Source: Octopus sinensis
Lineage: Eukaryota
Direction: 5' to 3'
Assembly: GCF_006345805.1 (NCBI RefSeq)
Contig: NC_043002.1
Span: 48,174,001-48,238,000 of the forward strand
DNA: 64,000 nt
Below the pieces are notes generated by a model. That model was not told the DNA's origin and made no database searches. It saw only the letters and a list, made by a program, of their open reading frames with translations. The position numbers and the translations under genes are program-made. Shown here piece after piece: positions 13,056 through 24,664 of this stretch (position 1 is the first letter of the stretch; every line of letters starts with the position of its first letter).

Positions 13056-14465
13056 AAGTATAACTCATTTTCTTTATATCAGACTGATGGCTTGCCCTTA
13101 GATAAGCTTAAAGGGACTAATAAATAGTTTTAGTCTTCATATTAGTAATTTAGAGATTATAGAGGTTAAAACTAACCTGCGAAAAGTACTCTACTTCAAC
13201 TGTACTTTTAGCAGATTAGTTTAAAAGTACTCTAAGAGCAATCAGTAGAGGTAAATATATTATGGCATCTTATAGGTTCATAAATTTGTGTATATAGATA
13301 AACTGTAAACAAATAAAAATTAGCATGTAATAATCTTTTGAACAAAGTAAATGATTAACAAAATAATCAATACCATTTATGAACTGTCGGATATTCTTCC
13401 TGATGATTGGCAGAGATAGCTTCCTTGAAAATATAATCCATTTATCCTACAGAGAATGTTATTTACGATGATCCTAATGATAACAAATAATCAATTAAAA
13501 ACTGAATATGTGAATCTGTGTGAAATTTATGCAAGTGTACATGTATAAATGTATGGAGCAATATATGTGTATATAGAAGTCTTGCTATGCTTGCTACACA
13601 TACACATAGAGAAGGGAATATGTGTATGTGTGAATGCATGTGTTACACAGCAGTTCTCATCAATCATCTATGTATCTATTTACTTATCAATATGTGTACA
13701 TGCATCTATGTGTATATGTGTGTGTGTGTGCATACACACACATGTATATGTATATATGTATGTGTCTATCTACATATATAAGCATATATTTTTAGTTAAT
13801 CTGTCGTTCATAGGCCTTCCTTCTGCCTAGTATTACTAATATTTAATCTAATATGGTTTTTAAGCACCAACTATTTCACTTAGCCTAATAATCTACCAAT
13901 AGGTTAAATACCCATAAGAACTCCCCCACTTTTTTGTTTTTTCCCTATAACCCTGCCCCTATATGCATACAACTGAATATAAAAAAAATTCTTTTATAGA
14001 ATTTCTTTTCTATATAATTCTTTTATATATGTGCATGTATGTGTTTATGTTTATCTGTACACATGCATCTATGTGCACAGATATACATGTATTCATATGC
14101 ATGTTTATCTATATATTCATTTTATTTATCTTCTGCACATATGTGCTCAATTAAAATACATAAGAGCCACTATATACTTGACGTTTTTCCTATTTTTTCC
14201 TATTCTCATCAACTGTATTCAAATATGGACCTACATATCCTAATCAATAAAGGTTGATAAGTAAGCACCAACTGATCAAGCATTACAACGGCTTTTTTTT
14301 CAAATTTCTATTCACCCTAAAACATAACATATGCATCTCTCACTAATCCAGTAAGAATCATCTATAGAATTTAGCTTCTTATATTAAATTTATTTATTTA
14401 TTTACTTTCTATTTATTATTTTTATATATACTTTTTATTTTTATCTTTCTATTCATTTATCTGTT

Positions 14466-14685
14466 TACTCTTTTACTTGATTCAGTCATTTGACTGTGGC
14501 CATGTGGATCAATGCCTTTAGTCAAGTAAATCGACCCAAGGACTTATTCTTTGTGAGACAAGTACTTATTCTATCAGTCACTTTTGCCGAACTGCTAAGG
14601 TACAGGGACGTAAACACACCAGCATCGGTTGTCAAGTGATGTTGGGGGGACAAACACAGACACACAAACATATACACATATATAT

Positions 14686-14705
<20 letters not shown>
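14466..14705 (-). mobile_element. SINE family A, 3' half
   Basis: Near-identical to 26944-27160. Confidence 0.8.
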
Positions 14706-14715
<10 letters not shown>

Positions 14716-14716
<1 letters not shown>

Positions 14717-14756
14717 CTAGCATTATGACCCGGCGTTGCCGGGTCATAGTGCTAGT
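14716..14756. repeat. GC-rich hairpin (19-bp stem, 3-nt loop) with ACTAG/CTAGT ends; resembles a Helitron terminus
   Basis: ACTAGCATTATGACCCGGC-GTT-GCCGGGTCATAGTGCTAGT with one T.G mismatch. The hairpin is certain; the Helitron link is inference. Confidence 0.6.
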
Positions 14757-14854
14757 GCATGTATATATGTGTACATCTATCTATATATATATACATCTAC
14801 GCATAAAATACAAAATACAAAGTTATATCTTGATATCGCTAGTGATAACAATAC

Positions 14855-15160
14855 TCAAAATATATAACAGACTGGAATTGTAGGCCCGTCTCTTGCAATT
14901 TCGATCAATTGTATCTTATCCTCCCTCTTGTATAGAAGTGTGGCTACAATCCAGCCTACCTCTACTTCTGGGGGAACATTTTTAATTTTTATCTGTGACG
15001 TCCTACGTCCCAGATATAAAGGTAAAAATAAAATATTTCCACTTTGCAAGGTTTGAGTCGAGTACTCCCTTGCACACTCCGTTGACTCGAACCTTGCTTC
15101 TATTGTGGCGAATTTACCGCCTCTGGTTAGATACTTGAACCCGCACAACCACTCCTGCGC
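14855..15160 (-). pseudogene. Possible fragment of a LINE ORF1 (RRM-like) protein
   Basis: Non-repetitive 97-aa frame containing YLGRRTSQIKIKNVPPEV, reminiscent of L1/Tx1-type ORF1 RRM regions. Resemblance only. Confidence 0.35.
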
Positions 15161-15614
15161 CTACACACAACTAGTCCTGCACCTATATAATTAAGACAAC
15201 AAAATATTTCGTCATTAAAGTCATTTCGAAATTAACGTGCAAATGTCTGAGCACTCCACAGACACGTGTACCGTTAACGTAGTTATCGTCTTATACACAC
15301 ACAGACTCACTCCCTCCCCCACACAAACGTGTTTGTGTGTACATACACTTATACATCTAAATGTTTTTAATATTTTCTATGAAGCCAGAACAATGCAATT
15401 TGTAACAAATAATACAAGTCAATGGCTTGTATTTCAATATTTCAGGGTTGTTTCTTAAGAATAGGTCCTAACACCGCAATGTTGAAATTGAAGGTAAAAT
15501 TACAAACTATAGACTTGTATTATTTCTTACAGCTTGCACTGATTTGGCTTCATGAAATAATTAAAAACATTTATATATATATATATATATATATATCGCC
15601 TATATATATATATA

Positions 15615-15863
15615 GGATCGCCATGTTGATTCGCTAGCCTCTGCACGCATTTTGTTTTTTCTCTCCTTCTTTCTGTGTTTTTTTTTCTCTGTGTATCTTT
15701 CTGTTGAAGAGCGTAGGCTCGAAATATTAAAGACTTGTTTTATTTATATTTCCTGAGCGCCATACTAATACAATTGTTTGTTTGTATTCCACCTGCCTTC
15801 GTCTTTTGTTTATTTCCGTAAACCTGCCTTCGTCTTTTGTCTATTTTCATAAAGCTTCCCGTT
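15615..15863 (+). mobile_element. Solo PLE pseudo-LTR-like insert between (TA)n runs, with a degenerate hammerhead-like motif
   Basis: TCTTT-CTGTTGA-A-GAGC-gtag-GCTC-GAAA-tatt-AAAGA at 15696-15733. T-rich body flanked by TA repeats on both sides. Confidence 0.45.
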
Positions 15864-15958
15864 ATATATATATATACATATATATATCAGACAATGCTTC
15901 ATGAAACTATACTAATCTATGTCTGTGTTTATGAAGATATTTAGCTACTTATCTACCG

Positions 15959-16062
<104 letters not shown>

Positions 16063-16065
16063 CAC

Positions 16066-16394
16066 ATATGCATTGTCATGAACTGAAACAACAGTTGGAT
16101 GTTGATCCGGACCTTTTAGCGAAGGTCATCACTGGTGACGAAAGCAGGTGCTACGGAATTTGCAGATGTGGAAAGAGTGGAAGAAAAAATAAAAGAGAAA
16201 AAAAGACAGAGGCGTTAAAAGACATTCACTTCGCTAGAATTCCAGCACTGCTTCGAATTGTGGAAAAACCCACCTGGACCGATGCAATGCTTCAAATAAA
16301 GAATACTTTGAAGAACATAAAAGTGTAAACACGTAAAACTAAGTGAATAAAATAACATTGCGAAATTCTGGTTCCTTTTGGGTCCCTCACGTGC
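16066..16394 (+). mobile_element. Internally deleted Tc1/mariner remnant
   Basis: CHELKQQLDVDPDLLAKVITGDESRCY contains the mariner ITGDE motif. TIR-like end CCTTTTGGGTCCCTCACGT. Confidence 0.7.
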
Positions 16395-16429
16395 ATATAT
16401 GTATGTATCTCTATCTATGTAACGCATAA

Positions 16430-16526
<97 letters not shown>

Positions 16527-17216
16527 CATGCGTTATCAAGGTAATTTAGAATGGAATTTCAAGTTTCACATAACAGGTTTTTCAACAGTTGAACAAGCCA
16601 TTAGGCAAAAACCTGATGTTTTGAAAAGTTGCAAGCTAGGAAATCAATTTGATGATATATTTGTCTCTATTTTTATACTTTACTTCCTCCATATGTAAAA
16701 AGTTCTGTTGTTATTCTTAAACTTCCTTTAAAATATCAAGCCCAAAACTTACACAGGTTTATATGAAGAAAATTGGTCACACCGAAAATTGGTCACACCG
16801 AAAATTGGTCACACACACACACACACATAATGCATGTATACACATACACACATATAAATATACGTTGGCAGTCTGATAATTCTAATACGTTCGACACCCT
16901 TGACGTTGCCATTATACTTATGGTCATCTCCATACCTTACCATTTACAATCTCGCCTTCCCTGCCCATATTGTCGTTGGCCGTTTCTTTCAATATATTCT
17001 CCTCTTACTCTTAAGATATGTATGTCTATCACTTACTATGGACGCTAGTTTCTATCTATCCTCTTATTCTCTTGACCCTGTCTTTGATTTCTACTGCACT
17101 TTTTATACCTCACACCAGTTATAGACCAATGGCTTCCATTAATGATCTATCTTATTCTCTCTCCGACGATGGTATTGTTTGCTACTAGAATCCTCTACCA
17201 AGGATCTACCTCATTT

Positions 17217-17318
17217 TCTTTCCGATGAAGGAATAAAGAGTTCTTAAATAGATAACTACCATTCGTTTGCAGGGAAATGCAATATGTGTGCACCTATTCC
17301 TGAAACAGCTGTAAGAGA
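17217..17318 (+). ncRNA. Type I hammerhead ribozyme variant with a long stem II loop, inside a PLE pLTR-like remnant (~16900-17390)
   Basis: Stem I TCTTT/AGAGA (one G.U), core CCGATGA (U4C), stem II AGGAATA/TATTCCT, then GAAAC-AGCT-GTA with a palindromic stem III (ACAGCTGT). Confidence 0.6.
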
Positions 17319-18065
17319 CTATCTGCACACCTCTCATTTTCTTTTGTTTTTATTCTCTCTTGTAACAACTCAGTAGTTATGTTTAAATATATAGATGTAA
17401 TAATCTGCTCAATGATAAATTGCCAATAGCCACTCATTGCTAGGCAGCTATAACATTACTCTTTTTGCTTTAGTCACAGTTCAATTCGAAATTTTAGGTG
17501 GTAAATCAATTGTATGTCATTAGACGGAATATTACCTGAACTCTATAAGCACACACACACACGTACGTACATATGTGTGTGTGCACGCGCACGGCAGTGG
17601 ACTCTCTTGCCGTAGACGACAGTTGAAGGTTCGGCAACTTCTTACCGAACAACCTGCACAGATGCTTTGTTTATCGTGATCAAATGTAAATCATTTGATC
17701 GTACAACTGAATCGATGTTGCCGAAAGTGACAGAGACCCTAACTATCTACCTCTCTCTCTCTCACGTGTATGTGTGTGTTTCATTTAAACCGAGTCCAAC
17801 GAAAGGGATTTTATTTAGGCCGAATATACTTAGAGACAATTTAATAAGCAAAGTGGGGTGGGTTTACATAGCTATTTTATGCTAAGATCTATATAAGGTG
17901 CCACACTTCTCTTGCTAAATGATCTTTGTCGGACTCATTGCTTTAGAAGAAGAACATGCTAACACTCTGCCTTCATGCTTCGAGCTATTTATTTTAAGTG
18001 GCCTATCTATGTTACTCTAGGCTACTAGCGTGTGTGCGTGTGTTTATATGTGAGTGTGTAACTAT

Positions 18066-18281
18066 ATTAGTTTCCAATTTTGGCACAAGGCCAGCAATTT
18101 CGAGGGTGGGGATAATTCGATTGCATCGACTCCAGTGCCCAGCTAATACTTATTTTATCGGCCCCAAATGGATGAAGGGCAAAATCGACCTCGATGGAAT
18201 TTGAACTTAGATCATAAAGATGGACGAAATGCCGCAAAGCATCTTGCCCGGAGTGCAAACGATTCTGCAAACTCGCCGCCT
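18066..18281 (-). mobile_element. tRNA-derived SINE, family D
   Basis: Reverse complement of the unit at 21449-21660 (GAGCTGGCAGAATCGTT...GAGTTCAAAT...GGCCTTGTGCCAAAATT). Confidence 0.75.
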
Positions 18282-19498
18282 TGTATGTGTAAATATATTG
18301 GATAGAAAAAAAAAACTAAATCAAAATCATTGGTGGCTGGTAGATAAAATTAGTGGGGGTGCTGCTTCAGAAAATTTTTAGCCTTTGTTTTAATATTGTG
18401 TAAAAGGAAACAAACATATAAAAAGAAAATTTATTCATAAACTTGATCGGTTCGCGTTTTAGCCACTGCCGGGTGTGTGTTTAATTTGTTTACAGAACAT
18501 AACCGCAAATACCCACTTAATTTTCAAAATCCATCCCCACTAAATCATAAAATAAAGGAGCTGGGTGTAAATGTATCCTATTTTTCAAATCATGGCAGCA
18601 ACACCCTGTAGCTGGAAGCAGGATAATAATCTAATCATACACTTGATCAAATCCAAGAATATAAACATGTTTTTAAGCACAACACATGCGGAGTCAACCG
18701 GAATACCGGTGTCGGCACTATCGTTCACGCAGTGCCTTCTCTTTCCCTAGCATGAAGCTTCCTATCTCGGACATGTGAGCATGCACACAACAGCCAAACA
18801 CTGCGTCGCTGGAACTGTGAAGCGCAAAGTTCTATACAAGGATTTTTGTATATTTTTCATAAACTAGGGGATAGCTACTGACATTAAGCTTAAGGATTAT
18901 ATAATGTCCAAGTATAAAGAAAGAAAAAAAATGACTAATTATATTGAATGTTATGGATAATATCGAGTGGAAACCTTTAACACAGAAAAGTTTGATAAAA
19001 ATTTGAACCGAGTTTTCTCTAGTTACCTTTTACTACATAATTTTTCAGATCTATTTATTATCAAAAACTCTACTTCATTCATGTTTGTAATCTCACAATT
19101 TTACGCTCGCAAGATGCTAAGTGTACAAGAAACATACGAACGCAAATATTTGTAGAATCAGAGAGTCAGTGAACAGTTCCAATTATTTGGATTGCTACAC
19201 ACTATCTTCGATTTTGCTCTATTGTTCATAATGAGAAAAATGGACGTTGCCATAATTTTTATCTAGATCTCTAAGGTTGACATAGTATCTGGTATACGAA
19301 GAGCCAACAAAATCTAGAGAAGTCTGTTGAGTTACGATCTTCCAGATCATTTAAAAATGCCCAATAATACTTTATTTTTATGGAAAGTAACAAAATCAAT
19401 GAGCAGAGAAATTTAAAAAATAGTATATGTTAGTATATGTTTTTAAACCGTCAATTATATAGTTACTTCAACTAAATAAATTTCGTGGCTATCTATAT

Positions 19499-19760
19499 AG
19501 GTACAGGCATGGCTGTGTGGTTAAGATGCTCACTTTGCAATCAAGTGATTTCGGTTTCTGTCTCATTGCTTGTCACCCTGGATAAGTGTCTTCTACCATA
19601 GCTACGGGCTAACCAATGTCTTGCGATCGAATTTTGTAGGCCGAAACTCATGCTCTCTATGTGTATCTTTGTGTCTATATTTGTTCACTACCCACTTCTG
19701 ACAACCAGTTTGGGTTTGTTAACGTCCCCATAAAAATTCGACAAAATGGACCGATTAGAG
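19499..19760 (+). mobile_element. SINE family A, diverged
   Basis: Head TGGCTGTGTGGTTAAG; colinear with other family-A copies. Confidence 0.65.
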
Positions 19761-21448
19761 ACGAAAACACACACTTTTGAAAGCGTTAAGATATGAAAAT
19801 TTTTGTATACAAAACGACTTCATTTTGATGGATTGAAACAGCTTCTGCCGTTTCTGCTGTTTGATTAATGTAATTCTTAGTCTTGACAGCTCATATCAAA
19901 GATACCAGTTGTTATTTTGTTTTATCTAGCTGGCCAATGATCAAAGGTTCTTAAGCTATGGCCATCCCGTCTTTTCTCTGTGTGCAAAGAACCTAGCACA
20001 ACATTATTCAATGCATCCTTTTCTAAGATGTTGGGGTGGGTGGGACTTGAAGGAGATTTAGTAACTATTGTTAACATGCCTTTAGTCAGTATTCTCTGAC
20101 TTTGAGGATCGATAAGTAAGAAATGAATGTTTTTCGATTGCATACCTCGGCTCTGTAATACTTTTATTATTCTACACTTCGATTTCATAATGTTTTCATT
20201 CAAAACTTTCGTCTTCTGATTTTAAAAAAAAAACTCCTTAAACTTTCTTAACCATGCCTTTGAATTTCATATCTTCTTAATTATATAAAAGTGAATGCAT
20301 ATGAGTTACAAATTATTGGTAACTGTTTTGAATCTAAGTAACTGAAATTTTACACAGCGGCATCTCTTTTCATGGAGATCATACACCGCGTTAATTTTCT
20401 CGATAGTTTCTTTAAAATCTGACCAAGGCCGGCTAGTGCGACTAGTTGATAAAGAAATTAAAATGGTCACCAGGGTGACATGAGAGGTCTCACTTAAATG
20501 CTTATGTATGCATGGGCTTAATTTCTTAACAGTAATGCTGTCGCAGAACGTAGATGTATTTCTAAACCATATCAGATGTCATGAGTAGAAAATGCTGTTA
20601 GATTTTTAAAATTGAAAGCATTGTGCCCCTTTGTTCAATTCCATATATTTAAGGTTTGCTTCTTAACAGAACTACTCTAAGATGTTTTTGTCTCCTTTCA
20701 AGCGATTGTAACTTTTGTATAAATTCTTTTTTTTTTAACTAAGCAAGTAGAAGGCTAATATTTGTATTATAGTAAGGATGCAGACGCTTAAGATCAACTC
20801 CAACTAGAGTTGGATTTTTAAAGGAATTTGGGCACTGTGATGGAAACAAGATTTTTGAAAACTCGTGCTATGTAGCTTTCGAAAAATATTCCTGATTAAT
20901 AAATAATATTATATTATTGTATTTTATATTATTTAACTAAATAAATTTTGGTACTTACTCATAGAGTAATGTAAAATTTAACTCGTTAAGATAACAGCTC
21001 AAAACTTCAGAGGATAAAATTTCCTGAACTAAGTTTTTTCCCTTAATTTACCATCTTATGAATTCTAGAAATAAAACTTATTTATTCATTCTTTCATTCA
21101 TACATTGAATGCTAGTAGAATTTAACGAAGGTTTTGTCTTAAATAATTGAATATGATAGAGAAAATCACGAAAACTATGGAATGAAATACTTAGAATGGC
21201 ATGCACTGTAAAGAATCGACGAAGGAGCCCCTACGAAACTGTTCGACTGGCTATAAACAGCCGTTAAATTCCATCAATTCATACCCTAACACCTTAAAAA
21301 AAAAAAGGAAATGTACATCAAATAATGTAATTTTAGATGCTTCTAGAAGAATGGATTGGTTGCAATTGAAATACATTTGATCATTAGTCTACTTAAACGG
21401 GTTAAGCTAGGGCTAATCACAATGATAGAACATCCACTGTTAAAATGC

Positions 21449-21660
21449 TAGCTGGCAGAATCGTTAGCACGCCGGGTAAAAATACTTAACGACATTTCGT
21501 CCGAATTTAAATTCTGAGTTCAAATATTGTTGAGGTCGACTTTACCTTCCATCCTTTCGAGATCGATAACATAAGTGCCAGTTAAGTACTGGGGTGAATG
21601 TAATCTATTTACCCCCTCCCTCGGACTTGCTGGCCTTTGCCAAAATTGGAAACCAATATT
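21449..21660 (+). mobile_element. SINE family D
   Basis: AGCTGGCAGAATCGTTAGCACGCCGG...GAGTTCAAAT...GAAACCAAT; repeated several times in the window. Confidence 0.8.
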
Positions 21661-22476
21661 TTCTCCTTCCTTCCTTGTGCATTCTGAGTTTAAGTCTAGC
21701 CACGGCTGATTTTGTCTGTGGTCACTCCATATATATAATTTAAATGCCACTATAATTTTAAAATAGAATTTAAATGCCACTATCATTTCAGCATCCTTGA
21801 CAAACTAACTAGCTATTGCTATAAAAAGGAAAATATGAGTATTATACCAAATTTTGCAACAGGTCTATATATTCAGTTCGATGTGAGACAAGAAACTGTG
21901 GTGGAGAGGCGTAAATATTGAAAAACATGTGTAGGAAAAAATAAAGTAAAAAAGAAAAAAAAAAGAGTCGTAAAAAGATTGTCAAAGATGAGGCAGGAAC
22001 ATAGGAAATAAGAGAGAATTAGAAAGAAGTTGAAGAATGAAGACGAAAAAATCTGAAAGTGAGACAGAAAACTATGAGAAAATATAAGGAAAACGCGAAA
22101 TAGAATGAATGAAAGTAAATATTAATAGAATAGTATAAAATAAGAATAAGAGAGGTATTGTCGGGAGATAGAGAGAAGGGGAAAGAGGACGATACAATAT
22201 AGAAAAAGAACGGGTGAGAAAGAGGAGAAAAATGAATGAAAATAAAATGATTTTATGTGCAAACACTATACGTCAGATCTATAACAAGATGTGGGACAAG
22301 TATAATTCCTAGCGTAATTTACTACATAAATGAAAAAGAAATAATCTCAGCTGAGAATTGGTACGACAAGAGTTTATTTTAAATTAACAGCACCGACTTT
22401 AACTTTAAATATATTAATTTGTTATTCAAGGATTTGTAATTAAAAAAAAAAGAAAAATATATATAAAAATATTTAC

Positions 22477-22945
22477 CTTTTGAAACAGCGGTAATATGTT
22501 TAAGGTTAGAAAAGGTAATAGGCAGGATCCCAGCAATAAGTTTGTAGGCTTTAGAGTTAGTTTTTAAGAAGAACAGTTTGGTATCTTTTGGTTCCACTTC
22601 ACTATTGCAGAATTTGGTGCTTCCAAATCCTTTGATTTTGACCATGCTGTCAGAATCTACCATCAGGTTAGGAGGTACTCTATCATCTTCTTTAAAAACT
22701 TGTCCCACCAAAACTTCACAGTCGTACATTCCATTCTTTGCAGATCTCTGGTCCATCTTTTCAATTGTGCCACTGATCACTAAATTGGACATATCAATTT
22801 TGGTTTTGATATTCACATTGTCTTTGCAAGAATCCGAATCCATTAAACCAGCGACTACACAGTCAAATGATATAATATACAATAGATATAGTAAAAGAAC
22901 ATTCTGAGAGAGAGAACAGAAGAACTTTAACGATATCAACCCCAT
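22477..22945 (-). CDS. AGRN: First coding exon of an agrin-like gene: signal peptide + NtA (laminin-binding) domain, 156 codons + 1 nt
   Basis: Hydrophobic leader (LLLYLLYIISFDCVVA-G). The following C..NLVISGTIEK..YDCEVLVGQVFK..VKIKGFGSTKFCNSEVEPKDTKLFF..ITFSNL aligns by eye with vertebrate agrin NtA (NVVLTGTVEE, YSCKVRVWRYLK, VVISGFGDPLICDNQV..DTRIFF, ITLRNL). Donor AAAG|GTAAAT at 22477/22476, where similarity ends. The domain call is firm; orthology needs downstream exons. Confidence 0.85.
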
Positions 22946-23224
22946 ATTGCCGTTGAAATGATTAAAAATTCCTCCGCTGTTATTAGAAAAGAAATTTGTG
23001 TAAACTTACTTTAGAATAACTTCATACATATATTTCTTGTATGGTTCTTCTTTTTTTTTTTTGCTTATACAGTATTAAGGTAACAAACTTTTTCAAAGTT
23101 CGTTCCAACTAGCATAACTACTTCTTCTATTCACACGTGTGTATTAAGTTGTGAGAAGAAAGGTAGAATACAACAGGAAAGTGAATGAAATAATCCTGGA
23201 GTGATTAACAGAATAAAAAAAAAA

Positions 23225-23400
23225 GTTACTATTCGTCTATTGTCGCTGTGCAGTCGCGCCAATCTTTTTCTTTCTTTTTCCTTTCACCAAGTATAAAGTA
23301 GTCTGGCAGTCAAATCAGCCGACGAATACATAAAACGTTGGAAAAAGTCGACAATCTGTGTCATCGGCCAATTGATAGTCAGCCTAGATTATGTGTTGCC
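23225..23400 (-). promoter_or_regulatory. Candidate promoter or 5' region of the NtA gene
   Basis: Non-repetitive, CpG-retaining stretch ~300-450 bp upstream of the ATG, with CCAAT motifs near 23259 and 23368. No TSS evidence. An acceptor-like TTTCTTTTCTAATAACAG at 22977 allows an upstream exon instead. Confidence 0.3.
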
Positions 23401-24664
23401 TTCTGTTGTTTAGTAAATATTTTTTCTATTTTTTTATGAACTTGTCTGTCTACCTGTTCACTCCTCCCATAAATGTACCGGAATCACCTCGTCTCTCTAT
23501 CTTCTATCCTTGCCTTTCCCAAGTTTGCTTCCTTTTCCCCCTCTTTTTCGCAACGTTTAAACTGACACCATCACCTTTACTCTCATCCTCGCTATTAAAA
23601 TATTTACATTTCTACTCAACTCGCTTGTCTCATTAAATGCCTACGTATGTTTACGGCGTTGATTGCCAACGATAATAATGAGTGTGAGGTAAAATATTCT
23701 CACCCATAGTTTTATATAATTACAGTTATCTGTTCGTTCACGCACTTAGCATACAATGACACACACGCACATACCGATACATATCACACAAGCACACACA
23801 ATTTCTGTTTGCATATATGTACGTATATAGTGTGTGCGTGAACGGGTGTACAGCTATGCGCGTATGTCACTCTCTGTCTCTTTCACACACACACACACAC
23901 ATACACACACATACTGACCGACCCATGCAATTACAAACACATATGTACATTGGTTCACATTCATACATAAATTTCCCCAATTTAATTCGCCCCCCAGTAC
24001 CCCGCTTCTTCTTGCAACTTCTTGTGCACAGACTTTAATATAATACTCTGTGATCCGCTTCTGTTGTCATCAATTCTCCCTTCACTCCTATTTTCGTCCA
24101 AAACTCCTTTATATATTCATAGCCAAACACTAAAAAGGCCATTGTAAAATGTGTAATGTGTAGCCTACAAGTGAGCTATTAACAATGCTTCAGTGTTTTC
24201 CAAGTAGCCAAACTATGCTATAATCTTTGGCAAAGCTAATGTAGAAATATATATTTCAAAATTACGTACAGAAGAAACAAGATAAAAATATGTTGATAGC
24301 TGAATCAATTTTGAAAGGGTGCGAACAATAGTTTATGAAGGAACATGAGAAATTAAAAAGACTGCATATATGATAGATAAGATAAAATATTTTAAGCATG
24401 CATACACACACACACACTCACACACACACACATACATACACACATACATACATACATACATACATACATACATACATACATACATACATACATACATACT
24501 TAAAATGTTAGCCGTCATATGACGGATAACTTTGGAAATATACTTTTGCCGCTGTGGGTAACTTATACAATGATTATAACTTAACTTATATCAAATTTCT
24601 TGGTTATTATACAATCTGATGAAATTTAAATTATTTGCAAAACAAACGTGTTTAATTACCTTAC

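Noticed and set aside
16768-16815. Three tandem GAAAATTGGTCACAC(C) units
   Set aside because: No spacers and a eukaryotic context, so a short minisatellite rather than a CRISPR array.
22379-22476. Last ~32 codons of the 188-aa ORF
   Set aside because: Lies beyond the splice donor and is low-complexity AT-rich read-through into the intron.
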